Source of the DNA: Paraspadella gotoi
Lineage: Eukaryota > Animalia > Chaetognatha
Assembly (NCBI GenBank): GCA_051294375.1
Contig: CM119265.1
Span: 3,625,620-3,689,619, forward strand
Length of the DNA: 64,000 nt
Direction: 5' to 3'
The position numbers were made by a program, and so were the translations under genes. Within the stretch, counting starts at the first letter, position 1. Every line of letters begins with the position of its first letter. Below the pieces are notes generated by a model, which did no database searches, was not told the origin of the DNA, and saw only the letters and a program-made list of their open reading frames with translations. This document shows positions 53,248 through 64,000 of the stretch, one piece after another.

Positions 53248-56147
53248 TTAATGTTTTCCACCCCCCGGCGCCTTGTGGTCATAAGTGGACGATCCTCTCG
53301 GGTTGTAGTAGAACATCTTCTGCGATTTGAGGAGCGACCAAACGTGTCTCTTTATGTAGAAGACGAAACCAGATAGGATGCATAGAACGCTGAGCGCCTT
53401 CATCGTTTTTCGTTTCCGGTCGTCGAATTCTGGTTCCGCCGCCCATCTATATTTTAAAAGGGAGAGGGGTAAGTTGAGAACAGATAAGTGCGAAAGAGGG
53501 AGCGCTGAGGTAAGTTCAGTCCTCTGCCCAAAAAACGCGCCATTTTTTTAACTTTGAGCAATTTGTTCGTATATTTTCAATCTAAAAACTGGGGAAGTAA
53601 GTATTTTAACATTGTGTTCTATGGTTGCTCCCTCTATTTACCGTAGACAACACAACCATTCCCGCAATTATTTGTTTGCTCTGTTTTCTTTTCAGAAAAA
53701 AAAAAAAAAAACATCTCCCTACCGGAAATAAAAAATAGAAAATAAAAATTGATTAAAGATTGAGATAAAGACGAAGTCTTTTACAATAATGATGATATTT
53801 TATTAAAAAATAGACATGTTTCGGCTTTACCTTTCAAGCCTTAATTAAGAAAAGATAGAAAAATATAAATCTAAACCAAAATGAAAAAAGTATAGTAAAA
53901 CTTTAAACGTCCTACGCCAACTTAGCCAATGATTTTAGCCTGCTCTGACCTCTAAAAGCAGCAGACGTCTTTCGCTAACTTAGCCAATGAGTTGGGCTTG
54001 CACTTACCTCAAAAAGCAGCAGACATCCTTGACCAACTGAGCCAAAGAGTTGGGCGTTCCGTCCTCGTATTCGACGGCCTCGGATGAGAGCGGAGGCGTC
54101 ATGGCGATCAGCCCGCCCGTCATGTATGGATTGTAGTACTGCCCGTCGCCGATCTCCATCTGGCGATTGAAAGAAAAGAGGAATGAATCAAACAGGAAAT
54201 CCAAAGTAAATCAAGTGAAATGATCGTACAAAAATCCAGAGTCGACGTCCGTAAAAATAGCGTGAGAAATTAATTATGCGTTCAGAGAAAATCGTGTGTA
54301 AATCACGATCAAAGTCTACTGAACTCGATCTGTCTGGGCTTGTCCATTGTCCAAGTAAAGTATGAGAGAAAAAGTTTGGTAAAAACCGGTAAGAGAAAGA
54401 GAGAAAGAGAGAGTTCGAACGAGTCGTACGGTCAATCAAAGTCCGGTAAACTCGTCAGTCCGACGAACTCGGTCTCTCGTCCTCCTTCCGTCAATCCGTC
54501 TCTCGGGCGGTCTGTCTTTATCTTCATTAATCAATCAAACGATCATTAATTCATTTCAATCCATCTATCAACCCCACATTTTCCTCGCCAAATCCCCGCC
54601 TAACTGACCCCGGCGGGCGGGTCGCGGTATCCCGTCAAGAGATGGAAGACGTAATCCTCTCCACCCTTTCGCGCAGAAGTGATGTAGCTGAGATCGGGCG
54701 GGATGGCGCCGTTGTTCGCCGCCTTCGCCGCGCTTTCGTTCTTGTAGGGATTGGGGAATCTAAGGAAGGTGAGAGTGAGAGGAAGGGTGGGGGCGAAGTG
54801 GGGAATAAAAGAGAAGGGCGAGGGAGATGGACATCTCTACAAGGTGACACACGACAGCCCGCCGCTAAAAAAAAATCGTCATTTGCAAACGTGCAAAGAT
54901 TTTTTTTAATCTGAAAAATCATTTATATATCCAAATTTCATATTGATTGGTTATGATTTGACTTGGCAATGAGCGGAGAAAAGACGATTTTTAAGGCAAC
55001 TTTTCTCTGCTCATTGCCAAGTCAAATCATAAGACATAACCAATCAATATGAAATTTGGATATATAAATGATTTAGGTCTTTACTATAGAAAAAATCTTT
55101 CAGATGAAAAACATTTTTGCACGTTTGCAAATTATTTTTTTTAACGGCGGGCTGTCGTGTGTCACCTTGTATGCTTGCAAGCCTTTCGCTCAGCTTGCCA
55201 GGCCTTTCTCTCAGCTTGCCTTTCTTTCTGCTTGCCAGACCTTTCTCTCGGCTTGCCAAGCCTTTCGCTCAGCTTGCCAGGCTTTCTCTCAGCTTGCCAA
55301 GCCTTTCTCTCTGATTGCCAGACCTTTCTCTCAGCTTGCCAGGCCTCACTCATTTCCCCAATCAACTCTTTGTCCTCGCCTGTTCTTGAGCTTGCCAGGC
55401 CTCAATCATTTCCCCAAATCAACTCTTTGTCCTCGCCTGTCTCTGAGCTTGCCAGGCCTCACTCATTTCCCCAATCAACTCTTGTCCTCGCCTGTCTCTG
55501 AGCTTGCCAGGCCTCACTCATTTCTCCGATAAACTCTTTGTCCTCGCCTGTCACTGAGCTTAACTCACCAATCCCCGCCCTCTTCTCGCCTGTCGCTCAG
55601 TTTGCCAGGCCTCTCAAACATCTCGCCCTCTTCGTTCGGCCCGTCCTCAATCATGGCTTCCTCCGCGATCGCTTTCGCCTCCGACTCCGAATGAGTCACG
55701 TTCACCAAATTCCGATAGCACAGGAAACGCATGGAGTGACAGGCCGAGCACACCTCGCGGTAAACCTGCCAGTCAAAAAGTAGGAAGAAAAATCATTGTT
55801 GTGGATCAAAAAAAAAACAAATAAACAAAAAACAGAAGAGATTAAGGGGTAAAGAGACGTTCTCCTTCGTCAGCTGTGGCAATTGAGACCGTCTTTAAAC
55901 AAAATCCGGAAGTGAGCCACGCCCACAAGCGACATGAGCCACGCCCACAAGCGACATGTCACACCTGGTATCCCCTCCGGACGGAGTGATGATCCAGACT
56001 GTTGAACCAACCGCTGTGAGGCCAGTGAAGCGACGGAGGTTGGACGCAGTCGTCGGCGCTGACGAAGGAACGCGGCGCTGCGGCGGCGACTACGGCGGCG
56101 CCGACGGAGGCAGCGACGACGCCGCACTTGAACAAACGCGTCGACAT
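53248..56147 (-). CDS. CYC1: Mitochondrial cytochrome c1 (complex III heme protein), five exons
   Basis: [12 protein letters not shown]|[12 protein letters not shown] (CxxCH heme motif)...ERPGKLSD|RFPNPYKN...[13 protein letters not shown]...|QYYNPY...IAMTPPL...DVCCFLR|[12 protein letters not shown], then a TM helix and stop. Confidence 0.97.
54840..55169. mobile_element. Foldback MITE, Tc1/mariner-like, in CYC1 intron 2
   Basis: Perfect terminal IR CAAGGTGACACACGACAGCCCGCCG extends imperfectly across almost the whole element, with TA on both flanks. Confidence 0.85.
55172..55600. repeat. Minisatellite (~21-bp and ~56-bp units) derived from the CYC1 exon 2 end
   Basis: Units contain AGGCCTGGCAAGCTSAG (minus strand), copying the codons for RPGKLS. 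Confidence 0.85.
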
Positions 56148-56553
56148 CGAGAGATCGAAAAGGATTTTCCCTTTTTTTTTTTATCTTTTGTTTTCTCTTG
56201 TTTACGAGATAAGAACGAAACGCGATATCAATCGATTCTAAAAATAATCTACAGACGATCACAAACTAAAATTGATGAAGCCACTGCGATCGATCGTAAA
56301 TCAAGAAAGTTGACGAAAAAACTACAGATATTTGACTCCAACTAACTAACTATATAATTAGATCACTCCTAGATAATTATCTGAAAGAGATACAAATTAG
56401 GAAGAAAGAAAATTAGCAACGATTATTATATGAGAGAATAATACTATAATGTAATAGCGATCTCAGTAAATTTTGCAAATAAATAAATAAATAAATCAAT
56501 CAATCATATTAAGGTTAAAAGGTATAAAACGATTTCTTTTCATCCGGAGATAT

Positions 56554-56622
<69 letters not shown>

Positions 56623-56628
56623 CAATTT

Positions 56629-59600
56629 TCAAACGTATTCGTCTCCGTAGTTGAGCAACTTGAGTTTCGTCTCCGACTTTATTGCTGCGTCGATCCCTTT
56701 GCTTGTTCGGGGAAGATCCTGATTTTGGAATATCTATTTATTTATTTATCTATTTGTCTATTAATTTAACAGTGTAAATTACAATTTAAAAACACAACAA
56801 TTTTGTTTTCTTTTCTTTTCTCTACTTTACTTTACTTTACTTTTCCTATCTTTTCTTTTCTTTTCTTTTCTTTTCTTTTCTTTTCTTTTCTTTTCTTTTG
56901 CTTTTCTTATCCCTTCTTTTCTTATCCCTTTTTTATTTTCTTTTCCTTTCTTTTCCCTTCTTTTCCCTTTTTTCTTTTCTTTTCTTTTCTTTTCTTTTCT
57001 TTTCTTTTCTTTACTTTACTTTACTTTACTTTACTTTACTTTACTTTACTTTACTTTACTTTACTTTTCTTTTCTTATCCCTCTTTTATTTTCTTTTCCC
57101 TTCTTTTCCCTTTTTTCTTTTCTTTTCTTTTCTTTTCTTTCTTTTCTTTTCTTTTCTTTTCTTTTCTTTTCTTTTCTTTTCTTTTCTTTTCTTTTCTTTT
57201 CTTTTCTTTTCTTTTCTTTTATTTTCTTTTCCCTTCTTTTCCCTTTTTTTCTTTTCCTTTCTTTTCCCTTCTTTTCTTTTCTTTTCTTTTCCCTTCTTTC
57301 TTTTTCTTTTCTTTTCTTATCATCACCTTGAGCAAGAGAAAGTCTTTGACGAAAGGCCAAACTTCCATCTTTTCAACCATCGTCGTTATTGAAGTCGTCG
57401 TCGTCGTCGTCGTCGTCTTCATATTTTCCTTTAGTCGACGTCTAATCGTGTCGCGAGATAGATGGCGCAAGGAATGGACTTCGGGTTTGAAATTCTGGAG
57501 TGGATGCCGTAAATGCCGTAAATAGTGTCAACAGTATTACCAATATTTAACCATGAGGGAACGGATCGGTCAAGTGTCATTCTACAAAGATTCGACCCTT
57601 ACCAAAATGGTGAGGTAGAGATCCCGGTGCCAGATAAAGCGCTCGTCGGCGTTCGGGTTGTTCAGTCTCACCCACTCTTCCTTAGTAACGTCGATGCCCG
57701 CTAGGAGGAACTGAAATCGGGAAAGTGAAAACAAAAGTGAATCGTTACAATAACGATTCATAGCTGAGAATATTACTTATTAACATTTTACTATTATCTT
57801 ATTAAACCTGAGGTCAATAATTTCTCACTATTATTTCGTTAATTCATAACACAATTTAAAACTTGAGTTTGTATAAAAATGTAACTCCGCCCCCTGAAAT
57901 TAACCCGATTTACCTGAACCACCGTGTTGACTTTTCTCCGTTGCCATGCCGACCGCAGAGGCGTCATATCTAAATAAAGTGCACACGTTTTCAATGTGAT
58001 TGTCGTCGTCTTCAGGCCTAACTCACTCGAACTCACCCGTTCCAGCGGGACAATGGTATAAATTAGCTCCCGCTTCAACGAGGAAACCTTAAAAGACAAT
58101 CAGTTTGATGTCAATTTGAATTTGAGCCATCCACCTCCCTCCAATTTAAGCCATCCACCTCCCCAAACTCACTCCCCCAATCTAACTCCAATCTTTACCC
58201 TCAGACACCCTTATCCTTACCCGAAGCCTCGAGATTGTCGGCGTTGGCCTGTCGCGCCGTCCAGACGAGAGGCGTCTCTCCATTTATCGTCTCCAACTCA
58301 AGATCGGCGCCGAACCGAACGAGATGTTCCAAGCAGGCGGAGGATGGGAGCTGACAGGCCTTGTGGATGGGAGCCAGGCCGTGACTGAATAAAAAGAAGG
58401 GAAATGCTCTCTTTCATAGTTTATGAGACTCGGGGTAATAGGACAAATTCACAGTCTTGTCTAGACTTTATTAAATGGATAACCCTAATAGGATAATAGG
58501 ACAAAGTCACAGTCTAGTCTAGACGCATAGCCCTAATAGGATAATAGGACAAAGTCAGTCTAGTCTAGACTTCTTTAAACAGATAACCCTAACAGGATAA
58601 TAGGACGAAGTCACAGTCATTACACGGATAATCTTCATAGGAGAATAGGACAAGTCTACAAAGGCTCCATAAATTTAAGTCTATAAGGCTACCCTGCGAA
58701 TAGACTTCTTGTTGGACGGAGCTTTCATGGACGTGAATTCGCTGACCCATTAGCTTTTTACGACCTTAAATGAGTTCTGAACCGATATAATTTTAAACTA
58801 TGTGACTGTATGTACTATTTGTATTCGAGAATTGCCTAAGTTCACCCCGCCTCTAAGCATCAACTCTGGGGGGAGGAAATGTCCTTTTATTAAGTGGAGA
58901 GTGAGGTAACAGAGTAGAGTGTTTTCTGGATGATATTTTGTTAACGGCAAGCTTCGATTTGATTCTCTGATTTAGTACTATATTAGCCATGATAAATTCA
59001 TATACATTGGGTCATTGATCATATTTCAAAAATACTTTTGGAAAATAACAACAATATCATTGAAAAAAAAATTTTCTTCAAGAATTCGCCTCCTTCTTCT
59101 CACAAGATGAGTTTGCCATACACAGATTCCTTCGTGCTCGGTTCCACGTACTTGTCACCTCCTCGTCGCCGCATCAGTCAGTGTTTCTTTTCGTAATCTT
59201 TTATCAATAACGATTTGGTGAAACTTGGCTTACTTGACGCTTTTTACAAACGATAGAGGTCAAATGGGTACCAGTACGCATTTTGATAATGGGTACCAGT
59301 ACGCATTTTCCCGTTTTTGTCTTTATAAACCCAGACATTAGAAAGACAGAGACAGAAAAAAGATATAATCAAGATTCTTTACGAGTTGATAAGTCAATTT
59401 GCATCGATGAAAGTATTAGTTTTCATAAATACTTTTATGCTCAAAAGTTCGTAACTTTGTATCCACTAAAATCAATCAATCAATCAATCCCTGATCGGCA
59501 ATCATCTTCGAGTTGGTTTGAATATTTTTCATCATTTCACTCCAACTTTCGTTTCTCTCCTCTGCCGCAACATCGCCTGCAGCAACATCTGCAGCAGCGG

Positions 59601-60028
59601 ATGGAACAGCAGACGCACAACGCGAAGCAGCAGGCGACGACGGCGCCGATGACGACGACGACGTCCAACAGCAAAAACTGAATCCAGTTGAGTTGCAAAG
59701 ATTTGGGTTTGAGGTGATCCGGTTTTGGATGGCGCAGGAGATATTCCATCCACCAAACAGCCCTGTATACAAGTTATTTTATTATATTAATTTTTTCAAA
59801 ATTTTAATATTTCAATTTCTTTTTTTTTAAATTAAATCCTTACATTGTACATAAATAATTGAAAGTAAACTTTATTAATTACCTGTCAACGGGTTTTTCT
59901 ATCTGGTCGAGAAACGTCTTTTGTTTTTTCTTGACCGTTTCTCTCAAAGTGTCGTTTCGTATCGCTTCCACCAGGGTTGATCGGAAGGACTCCTCTAGAT
60001 TTAAAAACAAAAGGGAATCGATGATAAT

Positions 60029-60121
<93 letters not shown>

Positions 60122-60328
60122 ACTCTCTCTCTCACTCTCTCTTTCTCACCTGTGATATTTCCAAGATCAAGTCTTTTTCCAAAGTTTCCTCTGACCGCGA
60201 TGTCAACATTAGAAAATTGATCAGCATTAATTGGAACTCCGACGAGGACCACTCCGTGACAAAGACATTCTATGAGGCTCAAGAGTCCGCAATGAGTCAC
60301 AAAAGCTAAAAGAAAATTTAATTTAATC

Positions 60329-60424
<96 letters not shown>

Positions 60425-63400
60425 TATTATCATCATCCACCTTTAGCGTTCGGGTGCGACATCAGCGCCTGTTGCGGAATCCACGGGACGAGCAAGAGGT
60501 TGTCGGAAACGCCGTTCGTCGGCGGCGGCGCGTCCCACTTGACGACGAACTTGAGCGGCGCCAAAGATGCGAAGACTTTGAAGAGAACGTCGATCTTTGG
60601 TGGCGGGATCGAACTTATCTTGAGAGTGGATCCAAAGGACATGAGAACGAACCCTGCGAGAAAAGCTTAAGTCTTTATTTTGTTGTTATATTTTATAATA
60701 AAAATTAACAAATTAACCTTTTAATTATTGTGTTGTATGGAACCTATTGTTTTATTTTTCTTTTGCTGTCGCGCAGCAATTTTAGGTAATTTTCCGTAAT
60801 TTTAGATTTAGTTGTTTAGTTGTTGAGATAATTTTCCTACCTTCAACAGCAGAATCGACGAAGCGCTTCACATCCAGAGGTTCGACGTCTTCACCATGAA
60901 CGCAATGGATTCCACCAATTGGAATCGCGTTGGGCAACATCGGTCGGGCTCCGTGGATGCTGCAAGATTGCAAGATTGCGGCACAGAACCCAAGAGAAAT
61001 CGGTGCTCAGTTATCGCTTACCTAGGGTGAGTGTTGAGCAACTGCAACGCCATCTTTGCCTCTGCATCAACGACGTGTTCTTGCTGCAGATCCAGGCCGA
61101 GTATTTTCCGACTCTCCTGAAAGCGATCGTCGAAGAATCGGCCGGTGCTCCACATCAAGTAGACGTATTTGATTGAATTGATCAATCGATGCTCGAAGGT
61201 GAGGTCGTGGTAATTGGACAGGGTCGCTTGAAAAAGGTAAGTGAGAAATTCCATTTTAGTAAAAATTAATCTATACATATTTCGCATTAAAATAAAATGT
61301 TGTAATGTGAGGTAACGAGGTATGCTCACGAGGGATGTAACTAGGTATGCTCACGAGGGATGTAACTAGGATTGGACGGATTTCCGGTGTTTGTCGCTAG
61401 AAAAGTTGAATGCCCGTGAGGAACGAAGCCCACGAGCGAAGAGTTGAAGACTTTGGCTAAATTGTAGCCGCAAACGTTGAGGGGCGTGACGACGACGACC
61501 GCGTCGAAAGTACGGCAACGCTCCGTGCCGGAGAAGTCGGCGTTGCGGTCGCAGTCGCGCTGCCGGTTGACGAGCTCTTCCATCCTCTCGCTCTTGAGGC
61601 CGATCAAGCAGCTCTCCGAAAGTTTAACGTTGACGTCGAGTTTTATCATTATCTAAGGTTGGAATATAATTTCAGAATGAGCCACCCCGTCACGACGAAA
61701 GAAACTTCGTGATGAACCTTGGAATTGCTCTTTACTTTATGACTTTATGGAACCTCACCCACAAATTCTTCATTTCCTTCCACAATTCAGTCCCGCCTTC
61801 CGTCTCTTCCTCCGAAAAGATCATCTTAGACCAGACATCGACGAATTTCGCGTATAAATTTTCATTCTTCAAATGTTCGTAGTTGGGAAAATCGAGGAGT
61901 CTTTTGTTCGGAAAAGGAGACGCGACGACGACTCGGTGACCGCGCAGCACCAGCGCCTCTACCAGCGGAGCAGCGGAGATGTCCATGCTGCGGAGCACGG
62001 AGGGCAGGTAGAAGAGGAAGCTGCCGGTGGAGGAAGATGAGGAAGAAGAAGAGGAGGAGGAAGAGGAAGAAGAAGAGGAGGATGAGAATGAACTTGGTCC
62101 AACGTTGTCGACTGATGAAGAAACTTTGCTGTCATTTGGTGATTCTTTTGTCGATTCACTTTTCACTGTTGACGCTGTTGTCGGCTGAACTTTCACTGAT
62201 GATTCTGCGATCGTTTTGTATTTCACTGGTGATGCTGTTGCATGTTGAGTTTTCTCTGATGATTCACGATTGACTGGTGATTCTGAGGTAGATTCACGTT
62301 TTACTGTCGGCGGAGTCACAGTTTGTGAAGAGGATTTCATCGCTTGCGATTTTGTCCAAACGATGAGAAGTGAAAAGCAAAGGACGAATGGAATTTTTAT
62401 TCTCATCTTCATCCTGGCAGATTAACTATTAATCAGTTAATTCCCAGTTAAAATCTCTTGATCGATATTTTATATAACCAAAAAAATTACGAATAAAAAA
62501 AACAAAAATACCGCAATATTTATTCTGAGTACAAATTGAAAGCAAATCTGAGGATAGATTTTCATTCTTCACCGATAAGCGCTATCTCCTATCAAAGTCT
62601 TTCACAGACTCACGACTCACGTGAAACCAGTTTAGTACCAACGATAAAATCATATTGAATTAGGAGGTTAAACTTAAAACCAGAGTCTGGACCAGACTGT
62701 CTTCTTTGCGAGCTGATTAAAATAATCTTTTACATTGGGTATTGTTGTTAAATTCTTATTGGAAAAGTAAATTAAATAGCTATCGAAAAACCCTTTTTGT
62801 ATTTTAGTTAAAAAATAAAAGAACAGCGAAGAGTTTTTTTCAATTCGTGAAACTGTTTTTGTATCAACTTAGATTATGACATAACGTAAAAAAACGTTTA
62901 GTCGCAGTTAAATACACATAATTTATGTGTATTTAACTTTTTTCACTCGACAAAAAAAAATCGAATTTATTTTAAACTTTTTAAATTGAATTATTGTAAA
63001 ATCAAATTACATTTTGTGGTGAGAAGTTTCCTGAATGCATTTTGATAAATCTCCCATGTTTAGTCAAAAAGTTTTTAACTAATCTGCTGCGAAATAGCGA
63101 GTCTGATTATAAAAGACTACTCAATTACTCAGAATTAATCGCTGTACCTAAGACGTAGACTTTAAATAAAATCCGATTTTTTTGTAGCGACTGAAGATTT
63201 AATCTTTATCCTACTACTAATCCACTTTTCACATTGAATTCGGTCCCAAAATTTGAATTTTATTTTTGCGGGATCTCAAACCCCAAATGACTTGTTGACC
63301 TTTCCCTCCTATCGTGACTTGACCCTCGTGACCTGACTCTCTTGACCTCACCTGTCGAAGACGTCGGTTTTGGCGCCGAACATGAGGAGCAACTCCACCA

Positions 63401-63477
63401 GTTCTGGAGTTTCTCTGACGCATGCGCGATGGAGCGGAGTCGATCGATGATAGTCGGAGAGATTAGGGTTCGCCTTT

Positions 63478-63557
<80 letters not shown>

Positions 63558-63892
63558 GCAATCAATTAATCATTTAATCGATCAATCAATCGATCGATCG
63601 ATTAATCAATCAAACTATTAAGCAATGAATTAATTAAAATAATTAATCAATTGTTCAATTATCCAATCTATACTTGCATCATTAAATCTCCAAGTCCATC
63701 AAACGATAGGCTCGTCCACTCTATTTCTCCTCAACAACTTCGACACTCTTCCCACTCCATCCTCACCCCGTGATTCAACAGCAACATCGTCATCTCGACG
63801 TCTCTGATGTTGACGGACTCCATCAGAGGGAACATCCTCGCCGTGTCCTGCCAATTGGGTTTCGCTCCTTTGAGGAGGAGGAGTCGGGCAAC
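56629..63892 (-). CDS. Ankyrin repeat and SOCS box (ASB-like) protein; 5' end lies beyond the window
   Basis: Exons 63767-63892, 63352-63473 and ~58222-58384 give contiguous ankyrin repeats (LLLKGAKPN...LLNHG|ANPNLSDYHRSTPLHRAC...FGAKTDVFDS|HGLAPIHKAC...GETPL). A SOCS box SLRHLSRDTIRRRL...WPFVKDFLLL lies at ~57330-57475, and the terminal exon is 56629-~56718. Confidence 0.85.
56805..57315. repeat. (CTTTT)n/(CTTTA)n intronic microsatellite; (TCAA)n tracts at ~56555-56620 and ~63478-63560; (ATT)n at ~60331-60420
   Basis: Direct inspection. Confidence 0.95.
58435..58660. repeat. Imperfect ~50-60 bp minisatellite (4-5 units)
   Basis: GGATAATAGGACAAAGTCACAGTCTAGTCTAGAC recurs through the tract. 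Confidence 0.75.
59537..62412 (-). CDS. UDP-glycosyltransferase (UGT, GT1 family), nested in the ASB-like intron
   Basis: Signal peptide; LVLRGHRVVVASP; SFGS; UGT signature WIPQQALMSHP...FVTHCGLLSLIECLCHGVVLVGVPINADQFSN; AVWWMEY; TM helix; C-terminal KRKLE. Confidence 0.93.
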
Positions 63893-64000
63893 CTGTTGGA
63901 GGATTCACAAAGTTTGTATGTTTTATTCGTGTAATTTATTTTATATACAGATCTGGTCAAAAAAAAGTTTAAACTATTAATTAAAACAAATAAGACAAAT

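Noticed and set aside
56803-57525. 240-aa Phe/Ser/Leu-rich ORF and similar ORFs over (GA)n or A-rich tracts
   Set aside because: These are translations of microsatellites or low-complexity intron sequence.

Overview
This is a draft-quality genomic window from an AT-rich invertebrate animal, with spliceosomal introns, GC-rich exons, many microsatellites, three 25-N gaps and indel-rich long-read sequence at about 1-16 kb. The left part (about 1-27720) is a rearranged array of an unidentified mobile element. It has three ~3.57-3.6 kb head-to-tail units plus shorter sub-arrays and noisy inverted copies, ends in a degenerate TTAGGG-like tract and a fixed ...CCAACGCTACT terminus, and carries paralogs of an unrecognised intron-containing gene family (motif FEELGGxRLPxxxWCLxRAAFF). 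The right part holds host genes, all on the minus strand: an SSUH2-like gene, four tandem BTB/POZ (KCTD-like) genes, U2 snRNA, a Zasp/PDLIM-type PDZ gene, cytochrome c1, and an ankyrin-SOCS box gene whose ~5 kb intron contains a same-strand UDP-glycosyltransferase gene. The most notable finding is two distinct ~250-260 bp repeat families (four copies). Each joins a tRNA-like Pol III promoter to a type-P5 twister ribozyme fold and shows signs of circular permutation, so they are candidate twister-based retrozymes. All calls were made by eye; no searches or folding programs were run.
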